DNA of 20,000 bases from an uncultured virus (IMG/VR IMGVR_UViG_3300001528_000358) (IMGVR_UViG_3300001528_000358); one strand, 5' to 3'; numbered from the stretch's first letter, positions 1-8,463 are shown. The notes: generated from the letters alone by a model not told the origin. A program made the numbers and translations.

Positions 1-328
1 CGCAATCTGAAATGAATAACGCTCGGTTACAACTTTCAGATGCTTCTCCTCTCATTTCACTTAATACCCATCGGTTTAATTTTTCACCGATTTCTTTTTC
101 TTTTCCAGAGAATCTGAAATTTTCTTTGTCTTCGTCATTTTCTTTAATATTAAGATTTGCAATAACGTGCTCTTGAATCCAATTGTCTTCTTTCACAGAT
201 GGATCTTTTTCTGCATATTCTGTGGACTCTGCATAAAAAGTGTGACCACTTTCAGATACAACACCAATGGAAATCAGTGCTGTATTTTTCTTTAAGCCAG
301 TAAATTCTGTGTCAAAATAAAATTTCAT
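1..328 (-). CDS. 3'-5' exonuclease, DEDD/DnaQ-like (Rv2179c/DUF5051-like exoribonuclease); 3' end runs off the window
   Basis: Not in the ORF track. Read by hand from ATG at 328 with GGAGG RBS at 336-340: MKFYFDTEFTGLKKNTALISIGVVSESGHTFYAESTEY...NWIQEHVIANL. The FDTEFTGL / LISIG / FYAE / WIxEHV pattern is the ExoI region of this family. Confidence 0.8.
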   Translation of the reverse strand, partial: MKFYFDTEFTGLKKNTALISIGVVSESGHTFYAESTEYAEKDPSVKEDNWIQEHVIANLNIKENDEDKENFRFSGKEKEIGEKLNRWVLSEMRGEASESCNRALFISDC

Positions 329-341
329 TTTTCTTCCTCCT

Positions 342-773
342 TTATGCTGCAACGCAGCGTGTTTTATAATAAACCTGATAATAGATTTCTCTTATTTCAT
401 CTACTCGTTTATCAAGTTCTTTATCAATATAGTACTCCATAAGCTGACGTACTTTATCCATGAATTCTACATCATAAATAAGGTCTTCTGGATTTGGAGA
501 ATTCATTACATGGTTAAATATAACTTCCACGTAATCTTCTTCAAATTCATAAATTAAATCAGCCATCATGTCATCCAACATTTCTTCTTCCGGCGGATAA
601 ATCACATTCATAAATGGATTATATATTGCCGAAAGGCACATACCAATTCTCCATCGTCTTTCGTCTTCATCATAATAGAAATCCATTTCAGACAATGTAA
701 TTTGAATTGGGTATTCATGATAAAATGTATTTAGTGTTTTATCATGAAAATCGATGTTTTTAATCTTATTCAT
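342..773 (-). CDS. hypothetical protein (143 aa, acidic)
   Basis: ORF track 342..794; start moved to ATG 773 (MNKIKN) because AGGAG lies at 781-785. Tightly packed between its neighbours. Confidence 0.75.
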   Translation of the reverse strand: MNKIKNIDFHDKTLNTFYHEYPIQITLSEMDFYYDEDERRWRIGMCLSAIYNPFMNVIYPPEEEMLDDMMADLIYEFEEDYVEVIFNHVMNSPNPEDLIYDVEFMDKVRQLMEYYIDKELDKRVDEIREIYYQVYYKTRCVAA

Positions 774-783
774 TTTTTTTCTC

Positions 784-1548
784 CTAGATTGCAATTTTTA
801 CTAACTTCAATAATACATTGAAGTAGTTAAAAGTGATATCAACATCTTCAATATTATCAGCATCATAGTCATAATAATCAATATCATCTTGCCCAAGAAT
901 GACATAATTACTTTTTGGATTAAAGCACCGATAATATCCAATGTTAAGTTCTTTATGCTTATATTTATCTATAAAACGTCTAAGAAAAGATAATACTCTT
1001 TTTTTATCCGACGTTTCCATCATCCTACAATATTGACACAAAAAGTCAATCATGTAGTCTTCATGATATTTGATTAGTTTATCACTGATTCCTTTATAGG
1101 AATATTCTATCGGGGAATAATAAAACTCTCGCCTTTTCTCAAATTGAAGATACGAGGTATAATTGTGTTTTGGACGAAAATCAATATATTCACCAAAATT
1201 GATATAATCACAAGTACGTTTTGTAAAAATGGCATCTTTCTTTATGCTGATAATATCATCATCCTCAATTTGATTTTTCTTAAAAAATAATTCTCTCGCA
1301 TAAATAAATGCATTCTTACTTTCTTCTTTGTACTTTGGATTACTTCGTTGGATTTTACCCAACTCAATTTTTCTTTTTTCTTTACTCATATGACTCAGAT
1401 TGCCAATAGTTTTTTCTGGAAGAAGCTTGAGTTCTCTTGCTAAAGAGAACCCTGCTTCCTTCATATCATATTCAATAATGTTTGCATTGAATAAATACGG
1501 AATGTTTGGATTGATAAACGAGTCTTTCATAAAAAGGTTACTACTCAT
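784..1548 (-). CDS. small divergent family-B-like DNA polymerase palm protein, no exonuclease domain (254 aa)
   Basis: Start reassigned to ATG 1548 (MSSNLF; AGGAGA RBS at 1555-1560). Motif A-like IIEYDMKEAGFS, motif C-like ISIKKDAIF and downstream YKGI occur in PolB order. Confidence 0.55.
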   Translation of the reverse strand: MSSNLFMKDSFINPNIPYLFNANIIEYDMKEAGFSLARELKLLPEKTIGNLSHMSKEKRKIELGKIQRSNPKYKEESKNAFIYARELFFKKNQIEDDDIISIKKDAIFTKRTCDYINFGEYIDFRPKHNYTSYLQFEKRREFYYSPIEYSYKGISDKLIKYHEDYMIDFLCQYCRMMETSDKKRVLSFLRRFIDKYKHKELNIGYYRCFNPKSNYVILGQDDIDYYDYDADNIEDVDITFNYFNVLLKLVKIAI

Positions 1549-1783
1549 TTTCAATCTCCTCTGAATCATATTCATTAATTTGAATATTTTTATATTCTTT
1601 CTCTCCAAAGATTTCGATTTCTTCTGGATTGTATTTATTCCAGAAGAAACGCATTTTCGGATAAGTTCCATCGTTCTTAACTTCATGAGCTGTAACAAGA
1701 TTAACACCTTTGCAGATTCTTTGACAAAAATCTACAATAAATAATCTTGTTACATCTAGCCAAAAAGTTGATCCTTTTTTCAT
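1541..1783 (-). CDS. hypothetical protein (80 aa)
   Basis: AGGAGG RBS just upstream of ATG 1783; its end overlaps the start of the next gene by 8 nt, consistent with operon coupling. Confidence 0.7.
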   Translation of the reverse strand: MKKGSTFWLDVTRLFIVDFCQRICKGVNLVTAHEVKNDGTYPKMRFFWNKYNPEEIEIFGEKEYKNIQINEYDSEEIENE

Positions 1784-1792
1784 AGTACCCTC

Positions 1793-2428
1793 CTAAAGAT
1801 TAATTAAAAGAAGTTCTTTCATCTCAGTTTTTGTAAGCGTATCGCTATATAAACCTCGTTTCTTTAATTCTTTTTTCAATCTTTTCTTATCATAACTATC
1901 AACTTGTCGTTCGAGAGTTTTTCTTCCTCTCTTTGTCCGTTTATTTTTCTCTAAATTTATTTTAGAGGATTTTTTCAAAACGGTTTTGCAAGTTTTTGCC
2001 ACTTGTTTTTCATCATAAGTCATAACATCACCCCAATTAATATAATGGTGATAATTAATCATCGGATATTTAAATACTGTCTCAACATACTCCGCAAGCC
2101 AAGATAAGTAATCCAACTTGCTTTCACTCTTGGTACATAGAAAAACAATCGTATACCGTTCTTCAATTGAACCAAGGATAAGTGTTGCAAGTAAAGGAAT
2201 CTGAGTATCTAATTGATTGAAGTATTCTTCCTTCATGTCATCTTCGTCGGCGTACTCGAACACCGAATTTCTCGGATAGAAAAAAGTGTAACCAGCAATT
2301 ATGTTTTTTTCGTTACGCTTTTTTATTTTAGTAGACACAAGGATATACTGAGTATTCAGTATATCCTTGTCATCTTCTATCTCAAGATATTCGTTCTGAT
2401 ACACCTTGCTATTCATATAACAAAGCAT
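1793..2428 (-). CDS. hypothetical protein, DUF488-like N-terminal domain plus C-terminal SAP/HeH-like motif (211 aa)
   Basis: AAGGAG RBS. FYPRNSVF...EEYFNQL...TIVFLCTKSE...WLAEYV resembles the DUF488 pattern; LKKELKKRGLYSDTLTKTEMKELL resembles a SAP/HeH helix pair. The CDS is secure, the domain calls are tentative. Confidence 0.45.
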   Translation of the reverse strand: MLCYMNSKVYQNEYLEIEDDKDILNTQYILVSTKIKKRNEKNIIAGYTFFYPRNSVFEYADEDDMKEEYFNQLDTQIPLLATLILGSIEERYTIVFLCTKSESKLDYLSWLAEYVETVFKYPMINYHHYINWGDVMTYDEKQVAKTCKTVLKKSSKINLEKNKRTKRGRKTLERQVDSYDKKRLKKELKKRGLYSDTLTKTEMKELLLINL

Positions 2429-2440
2429 ACAGACTCCTTC

Positions 2441-3859
2441 CTAGTTGAACGCTGTGAATGTACCAACTTTTCCGTCACTACTTCCACTTGTCTTCTGCTC
2501 TTCTTTTTCCTGTTTTTCTTTGTCAATAGTTTTGTTTGATGTCTGCATCATCTTTGCAAGACTCGCAGGATCAAAATTTTCATCTAAAGGCTGTGAAGGA
2601 TCATAGTCTTCTACCACAGGTTCTTCTGGTTGAGCAGGTTGAGGTTTTGATTTTGTATAGAAAATACCACTTGGTTTTTCTACAGTTTCTTCTTTCTTAG
2701 GAGTTGGTGGTACAACCACTTTTTGTTCTGTTGGAACCGTTTCTTTTGGCTGTGATGAAGATGTTACAGCCGCGATAAACGTATCTTTCACATCTTCTTC
2801 TTTTGATTCAGGTTCATCCTGCTCCAAAGTCTCTTCCACTTCTTCTTCCTCTGGAACATCGTTAGGGTCGTCAACAGTTTCTTCTTCACCTTCTGTTAAA
2901 TAATCAACGGTAGATTTAGTTGATTCTATTGCTTCTTCCATGTTCAAAACGTCCATGTCTGTAAATATTTTGACAATATCGTCTTCCATACTTCTTGTAA
3001 TTTTTGTACCTGGATCATTGGTAAAGACTTCCACAAAATCTTTATTATCAATTCCATCTTTGTAGGCTTTGATGTAATCAGTATTTCCATATTGGAATAC
3101 ATTAGCTTCTGTGTTACTTAAGATGAAACCAGCAGTAAGAATCTGCAGAGTCTTTTCAAAGCCATAAGCTTTCTCGACTTCATTGATTACTTCTGATGTA
3201 TTTGATACATCGTAAGCAAATACATTATTGTCAGCATCTGCGGCAAACAAGAATCGCTCATAATCGTACTGCTTCACCTGACGGAAATTTCTAAATTCAT
3301 CTTTAGTAAATACTGCCGAAGGATGTCTAGTAAGAATAATGCCAATATATAATGACATCATGATGTTGCTCATCTTCGTGTCAGTATCATACTGCTTCAT
3401 CTTTGCTTCATTCAAAACTGGATAATTGGAAAGACAATTAACCGTAAACGGAGCATAAGCATCCGCAATAATCAATTTATGAATGAAATCACGATACACG
3501 AAAACGACATCATTGCTGTCGTAATCTTCTTCGTCTTCATGTGACTCATTCTCTTCATTGCTGAAGTAACTGTTATTGTCACCATTGCGACGTTTAATTT
3601 CTTCAGAAATGATTTCTCTGACATCGTCTTCTTCGTACTTATCTTCATCTCCACCTGTTGGATCATGGAAAATATCCATAGAAGATCTTCTCTGTTTTTT
3701 GAATTTCTTCTTTTTGTTCTTTTTACGGAACATCTCTACTTTCTTTTCGTCGTCTTCGTCTTCTAAATTTTGAGCAAACTCAATTGAGTTCTCTAAACGA
3801 GTCTGGTCCTTTTTCTGCATTTCAAGTTCTACCTTCCAAAGTTCATCTGTAAATGACAT
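2441..3859 (-). CDS. hypothetical protein (472 aa) with a central globular region flanked by charged low-complexity tails
   Basis: Long ORF with AAGGAGG RBS; acidic/basic N-terminus and E/P/K/T-rich C-terminus. Confidence 0.85.
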   Translation of the reverse strand: MSFTDELWKVELEMQKKDQTRLENSIEFAQNLEDEDDEKKVEMFRKKNKKKKFKKQRRSSMDIFHDPTGGDEDKYEEDDVREIISEEIKRRNGDNNSYFSNEENESHEDEEDYDSNDVVFVYRDFIHKLIIADAYAPFTVNCLSNYPVLNEAKMKQYDTDTKMSNIMMSLYIGIILTRHPSAVFTKDEFRNFRQVKQYDYERFLFAADADNNVFAYDVSNTSEVINEVEKAYGFEKTLQILTAGFILSNTEANVFQYGNTDYIKAYKDGIDNKDFVEVFTNDPGTKITRSMEDDIVKIFTDMDVLNMEEAIESTKSTVDYLTEGEEETVDDPNDVPEEEEVEETLEQDEPESKEEDVKDTFIAAVTSSSQPKETVPTEQKVVVPPTPKKEETVEKPSGIFYTKSKPQPAQPEEPVVEDYDPSQPLDENFDPASLAKMMQTSNKTIDKEKQEKEEQKTSGSSDGKVGTFTAFN

Positions 3860-3900
3860 AATTTTTCCTCCTTGTGTATGTGCATTTTTTTATTTTTTTC

Positions 3901-3936
3901 ACATATAGATAGTATATTACTACACTATCTATATGT
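3901..3936. terminator. 13-bp stem-loop between the kinase gene and the 472-aa gene (terminator, processing or stabilising hairpin)
   Basis: ACATATAGATAGT (3901-3913) / ACTATCTATATGT (3924-3936). No U-tract follows on the coding (-) strand, so intrinsic termination is uncertain. Confidence 0.5.
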
Positions 3937-3943
3937 ATATAAC

Positions 3944-4834
3944 TTAATAATCTTCATCGTCAGTAATACGACGACTCTTTAAGAATTTCTTTATTTCTTT
4001 AAGCTTCTCTTTATTTGTAAGAGGTTTATTTTCCTCTTCTTTTTCAATTTCTTTCTGAACATCTTCGGGTTCAAATTCTTTTACAATTTCAACCTCTTGT
4101 TCGGGTTTAGAAAGATTGTAACTCAATCTGCTGATATCACCAATCTCTTCTTCCTGAAGTTTTTTCGTAATTCGCTTACGAATTTGTCCGAATGTGTATT
4201 TACGACCACAACGTGGACAATATAGATTGATAAAATCTTTATCATATCTTAATAATGTTTTTCCGTCACAATGACATAAGAATGTCTTATAAGACATATT
4301 ATAGACATAGGCGAAATCTAACATTACTAATTCACCATCTGTGCTTCTAGTTCCCCAATTGGCAAAGTTTTTTGATGTAATACCAACATCACCAATTAAT
4401 AATCTACTAGAAATATCGGATAAGATTTCTCTCATCTTTTCTTGATTTTCCGGTTTCGTGAACGCCTCGTAATCTAATACATTCACATACTCAGATACGC
4501 TAATCAAGCCATTCGGAATGCATTCATAGACTTTAATACAATATGGTTGCAATTCTTTTGCATAAAGAAATTCTCTCCGATTGTCGATCATGCCATCTTT
4601 ATCCAAAGAAAATTTAAATACATAACCTCCAATTAAAATTCCAATACGATTAGTACCAGAACCCAATCGTCCATATGGAACACCAAATCGTTCCAATAAT
4701 TTTTCAATTACTGTACCACGTTCGTTATTGGTAGATGTAGCCATTTTGGTTACTTTGTACAATTCAATGTACAGTTCATCACTAATGTATGTCTTTATTA
4801 ATGATTTCATGATCTTTTTTTCTTTTTTCTCCAT
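3944..4834 (-). CDS. protein-kinase-fold (Ser/Thr kinase-like) protein with C-terminal Cys4 zinc ribbon (296 aa)
   Basis: Gly loop LGSGTNR, beta3 Lys in YVFKF, alphaC Glu in NRREF, catalytic loop GDVGITSKNFAN, Mg-binding MLDFAY, then CHC...CPRC. Start set at ATG 4834 (GGAGG upstream). Confidence 0.8.
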   Translation of the reverse strand: MEKKEKKIMKSLIKTYISDELYIELYKVTKMATSTNNERGTVIEKLLERFGVPYGRLGSGTNRIGILIGGYVFKFSLDKDGMIDNRREFLYAKELQPYCIKVYECIPNGLISVSEYVNVLDYEAFTKPENQEKMREILSDISSRLLIGDVGITSKNFANWGTRSTDGELVMLDFAYVYNMSYKTFLCHCDGKTLLRYDKDFINLYCPRCGRKYTFGQIRKRITKKLQEEEIGDISRLSYNLSKPEQEVEIVKEFEPEDVQKEIEKEEENKPLTNKEKLKEIKKFLKSRRITDDEDY

Positions 4835-5072
4835 TGTAGTCTTCCTCCCAGCGAGACATAATATCCTGTTCGTAATCTTTAAAATTATCATGTTCTGTTA
4901 CAGAATGAAGAAGGATATTATCAAAGGATTCTCGATATTCCTTTTTGATACCTCTTACTCTTCTTCTTTTGATGCGTGCGTCGTCCGGAATATTTCTTGC
5001 TAATTCTTCAGTCCTTATTCTTCTTCTTTCCCTTCTTAGTCTTTCTTCTTCGTCTGGTATCATAGTCGACAT
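4782..5072 (-). CDS. hypothetical protein (96 aa, R/E-rich helical)
   Basis: GGGGG RBS before ATG 5072; fills the gap between the 430-aa gene and the kinase and overlaps both. Confidence 0.65.
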   Translation of the reverse strand: MSTMIPDEEERLRRERRRIRTEELARNIPDDARIKRRRVRGIKKEYRESFDNILLHSVTEHDNFKDYEQDIMSRWEEDYNGEKRKKDHEIINKDIH

Positions 5073-6300
5073 AATAATCCCCCATCTTTCTCTTCTTTTT
5101 CTTCTTATCCTTAGATTTAACTCCGGTCAAACTGTCATATTCATCATGAAGTTTCTTCTTTTCTTCTGTCATTCGAGTTAGTCGTTTCTTAATCTTTTTG
5201 ATATTCTTTTCTGTCCTTCTCTTTTGCTCTCTTCGTTTCTCTAATTCTTTTTCATTGTCATAGAGTTTACGAATATTCCATCCGCTTGATTGTAGGACCT
5301 CTTTTACTTCAAGCTCATTAATCTCTTCCATCGATTTCATTTTGCCTGAGTAATTTTCTTTGATATGCTCATCATTCCATTGACGTAATCGGAACATATA
5401 GCTATCAAATTCATCATCATCTAATAAATCGCCTTTATATACAGGCATCACATTATTAGAGCTATTTTTGAAATTCTGTTGAACATCATATCTTTGAATC
5501 TGTTCCATATCTTCATATGTCAGATTCGTTCCATATTCAGAAGCAATATCTGCATCATCACGGGATTTCTTGTAATGTTTCAATCCCACAATTACTTCCG
5601 GATATTCCTTGAATAATTTTTTGCTTTTATTTTCTGCTGGTTCTGCAACTAATTTTCTATCCAAAATATTATTACAGAACTTAATATCATTCTCTTTATC
5701 TTTTGAATGATCTAAAAGATGTTTTAACTCTTTCTCATCAAAAAGAGAATCGTAATATGCATGAAGTTGTTCTTCAGTCATATATTCATCATCATCTTTT
5801 GTTTCAAGAATTTCTTTTGAATCTCTGTCACTCAAGATAAAATCAACAACATATTTCCAGTTCAGTCTTTTTCTATCTTTACCTTTATAGGTAATTCGAT
5901 CAAGACCAGAAATATTTATTTCTCCATTTAGCCACTTTTTCTTAAAGACATCTGGAGAATAAACAAAGTTGTTTTGTGCAACAAGATCAAGACAATATAA
6001 TACGTCACGCATTGCGTCCACGTATTCATTAAGTTTATTATATTTCTTTTTCTTGTTATTAATTTTTTTGAAAGCGTCATAATATTTATTTCTCGCTCTC
6101 AATTCATCCTCGGGAATATGATAATCATCACCGTAATCATAAACAGCTACGGTATCATATTCTTCAAGAAGACGGTTTTTCGTTTTTTCCGAGATATAAA
6201 CATCTCGATGTTTGATGATACTTTTTGTTTCATCAATCATTTTTTGTCCGGCTTCTTTATCATTCGGATCATACGTTTCTTCAAAGCCTATCTTCATCAT
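5008..6300 (-). CDS. hypothetical protein (430 aa) with basic C-terminal coiled coil; first gene of an early-type operon
   Basis: Long ORF; start moved to ATG 6300 (MMKIGF) behind GAAAGGGG; early-type motif 31 nt upstream. Confidence 0.85.
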   Translation of the reverse strand: MMKIGFEETYDPNDKEAGQKMIDETKSIIKHRDVYISEKTKNRLLEEYDTVAVYDYGDDYHIPEDELRARNKYYDAFKKINNKKKKYNKLNEYVDAMRDVLYCLDLVAQNNFVYSPDVFKKKWLNGEINISGLDRITYKGKDRKRLNWKYVVDFILSDRDSKEILETKDDDEYMTEEQLHAYYDSLFDEKELKHLLDHSKDKENDIKFCNNILDRKLVAEPAENKSKKLFKEYPEVIVGLKHYKKSRDDADIASEYGTNLTYEDMEQIQRYDVQQNFKNSSNNVMPVYKGDLLDDDEFDSYMFRLRQWNDEHIKENYSGKMKSMEEINELEVKEVLQSSGWNIRKLYDNEKELEKRREQKRRTEKNIKKIKKRLTRMTEEKKKLHDEYDSLTGVKSKDKKKKKRKMGDYYVDYDTRRRRKTKKGKKKNKD

Positions 6301-6331
6301 TTTAAGTATACCCCTTTCATTTTTTATCATG

Positions 6332-6345
6332 AAAATAATATATAA
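6332..6345 (-). promoter_or_regulatory. putative phage early promoter TTATATATTATTTT
   Basis: Identical 14-mer also at 9859-9872 (-) and 11928-11941 (+), each oriented into the first gene of an operon; resembles TATATTAY early promoters of phiKZ/AR9-type phages. Confidence 0.7.
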
Positions 6346-6416
6346 AGATATTCCAAATCTTCATATTAAGCTAGAGTTAATCAGAAAATAAGAGTGAATA
6401 TTTTTTTATACCATCT

Positions 6417-6428
6417 AACAAAACTATA
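6417..6428 (+). promoter_or_regulatory. possible late promoter AACA-N6-TA
   Basis: AACA-aaacta-TA pointing at the 6482-6525 terminator; the motif is short and may be chance. Confidence 0.3.
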
Positions 6429-6481
6429 AAAAAGAAAAGAAAGTATGTTTATAAATACAACGATTCCTATTTCAACGCAAC

Positions 6482-6525
6482 AAAAATAAATCGAATATGG
6501 TTAATACCATATTCGATTTATTTTT
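6482..6525. terminator. bidirectional intrinsic terminator downstream of the HNH-like gene
   Basis: Perfect 20-bp inverted repeat AAAAATAAATCGAATATGGT / ACCATATTCGATTTATTTTT with a 4-nt loop and T-tracts available on both strands. Confidence 0.8.
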
Positions 6526-7195
6526 ACGCGGTCTGTTCTGTTTTGACAGGAAGTTTTTCCACATCACTAAAGTCTGGTACTTTAATGTATGTGAATTCTT
6601 TCGTAATTGCATCAAATGTTTCTGGCGTACATTTCTTTGTCTTATCCATTTCTCTTTCTAATTTATCATAAAGAGTATCCACATATTCACAGTTTTCATA
6701 GTCATTTAAAAATTCTGTATAATGACCATAAATCATATGTAATGGGATAAATAACTTATCGGTACCTGCATGAATTACTTCATGAATCGTTTTGGAAAGT
6801 GGAACCAATCCTACTTTATCCTCATAATGTAAACGTAATACTTCATCTGCAATTAATAAGTCGTTTAATGCTTTTCCTTCCTGCTGGAAATTTTCCACAA
6901 CTGTTGCACAATAATCATAAAGAGTAAATGGTGCATGATGAATCTCAATGGAAATTCTTTTCCGATTGTCTTTGTTATTACAGACTTTTTGGAAAAAAAT
7001 ACATTTATTCATATCCATATTCTCTTTTAAGAATTTGATATAATCTCTGTACTCATTTGATTGTCTTACTACTTTTTCAATATGATCTAAGAACCTTTTT
7101 TTCGTTTTACCAGTCGAAATATTGACAATATATTCAAACGGTTCTGGAGTAGGGATTGTGCGTTCAGAGATGTATTCACTCAGTTGTTTCTTCAT
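6524..7195 (-). CDS. HNH (beta-beta-alpha-Me) endonuclease-like protein (223 aa)
   Basis: IEIHHAP ... GLVPLSKTIHEVIH matches the HH...L..L...H...H layout of HNH nucleases. Start moved to ATG 7195 behind AAAGGTGA. Confidence 0.65.
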   Translation of the reverse strand: MKKQLSEYISERTIPTPEPFEYIVNISTGKTKKRFLDHIEKVVRQSNEYRDYIKFLKENMDMNKCIFFQKVCNNKDNRKRISIEIHHAPFTLYDYCATVVENFQQEGKALNDLLIADEVLRLHYEDKVGLVPLSKTIHEVIHAGTDKLFIPLHMIYGHYTEFLNDYENCEYVDTLYDKLEREMDKTKKCTPETFDAITKEFTYIKVPDFSDVEKLPVKTEQTA

Positions 7196-7196
7196 A

Positions 7197-7247
7197 TTAT
7201 CCATCACCTTTCATTATAAATTTTATTATAATGTCAGTGATGGATAA
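7197..7247 (-). promoter_or_regulatory. RBS-sequestering hairpin containing a late-type promoter (GACA-N6-TA, 7224-7235)
   Basis: TTATCCATCAC (7197-7207) / GTGATGGATAA (7237-7247) and CATTATAA (7212-7219) / TTATAATG (7226-7233); the stem covers the RBS of the HNH-like gene. Confidence 0.65.
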
Positions 7248-7253
7248 AACTGC

Positions 7254-7868
7254 TTATTTTAATAATTCTGAGAATCTTGTAACAAAGACTTCCATCTCAT
7301 CCACTGTCATAAGTGGCATATCGTAATCAGGGTCATCCCCATTTTCATAATCAATCTCGTCATTATAAATACCTGATCGATATAAATAATAGAGTTGTTT
7401 GTATGCTAAGAAGTCCATCATTCTTCGAATTTTACTATTAAAGAATGATGGATTGGCAACCATCATTTCTGGCGCACAAAAATCGGATTCCCCAAACAGT
7501 ACACCAGTATCTTCGATTGCGTCAGAAACAAACTGATATTCTGACATGGTCATCAATACATTTGCTTTTACCGTTTTCTGATTCTTTTCATATTTATGAA
7601 TTACAGTAAGTAATTCGTAATACTCTAACACGGTACTACGATTACGATTAGCAAAGATTCGATATTCTTCTTTACTCACTTTTGAACTGCATTCGTAAAA
7701 GCGTTTCATATCTCTTGTATTACGAAACTCTTTTGCCATCTTTTTATCATTTGTAACAGCATATAAGACATACTTGTCTTCGACATGAACTTTCTTATTA
7801 TGCTTTTCAATATAATCGGTTTCTTCTTCTGTTGGTATCCTATAAAATCTGTAGCAGTGCATTTTCAT
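7254..7868 (-). CDS. hypothetical protein, paralogue family member 4 (204 aa)
   Basis: Start moved to ATG 7868 (MKMHCYRFY; GAGGGGG RBS); contains the family motif LYAVTNDKKMAKEFRNTR. Confidence 0.85.
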   Translation of the reverse strand: MKMHCYRFYRIPTEEETDYIEKHNKKVHVEDKYVLYAVTNDKKMAKEFRNTRDMKRFYECSSKVSKEEYRIFANRNRSTVLEYYELLTVIHKYEKNQKTVKANVLMTMSEYQFVSDAIEDTGVLFGESDFCAPEMMVANPSFFNSKIRRMMDFLAYKQLYYLYRSGIYNDEIDYENGDDPDYDMPLMTVDEMEVFVTRFSELLK

Positions 7869-8445
7869 ATACCCCCTCTTTTGTGTAAGTATTCCCAAAA
7901 AGATACATATATACTTCCAATTCATTGATTGTAAAATAATTCTCATAATCATCATCAATTGGCATAGTATATATGACCTCAAATTGTTTTATTATCGTTT
8001 CTTTGAGTATGTGATGAATATATGGTTTAAATATTTTTTTAGAATTTTCTAAATACTCATCACTTAATACAGATAGCTCTTCTAGGATATAATCATATCC
8101 ATGATAACTAACCGTCTCATATTCTATCACTGTTGAAAGTAGTGGATATTGGTATGGTTTTATTTTTTTATCACTAACACTCGTACCAGTAAAATAATGA
8201 CAACTTAAAGCTTGGTCTGGGTGTTGATCCAGAAATTTCTCATATTTGTTCTTTGACATTTTTACTTCTTTCGTATAGAAGATATCTTTTTTTCTAGTAC
8301 GTTTGAAAAGATTTGCATCTTTTTTAGAATTTGTATATGCATATAATGCATATACCAATCCTTCATCTTCATTTACGGTATCTGGTAAGACAGCGTAATA
8401 GTCACTCATCTCACGGTCACAAATGTAAAACAGATACACTTTCAA
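7840..8445 (-). CDS. hypothetical protein, paralogue family member 3 (201 aa)
   Basis: TTG start with AAGGGGGTGA RBS; motif LYAYTNSKKDANLFKRTR. Confidence 0.85.
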   Translation of the reverse strand: MKVYLFYICDREMSDYYAVLPDTVNEDEGLVYALYAYTNSKKDANLFKRTRKKDIFYTKEVKMSKNKYEKFLDQHPDQALSCHYFTGTSVSDKKIKPYQYPLLSTVIEYETVSYHGYDYILEELSVLSDEYLENSKKIFKPYIHHILKETIIKQFEVIYTMPIDDDYENYFTINELEVYMYLFGNTYTKEGVYENALLQIL

Positions 8446-8463
8446 TTTCTCACCCCCTTTAAA

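Noticed and set aside
1549..1707. N-terminal extension of the polymerase-like ORF, and similar extensions at 4835-4891, 7869-7982, 10070-10099 and 15811-15831
   Set aside because: Most overlap upstream genes, all lack an RBS, and downstream ATGs have well-spaced Shine-Dalgarno sequences.
6524..7195. HNH gene as a mobile homing endonuclease or intron ORF
   Set aside because: Free-standing with its own promoter and terminator, no interrupted host gene and no NUMOD/AP2-type DNA-binding domain visible.
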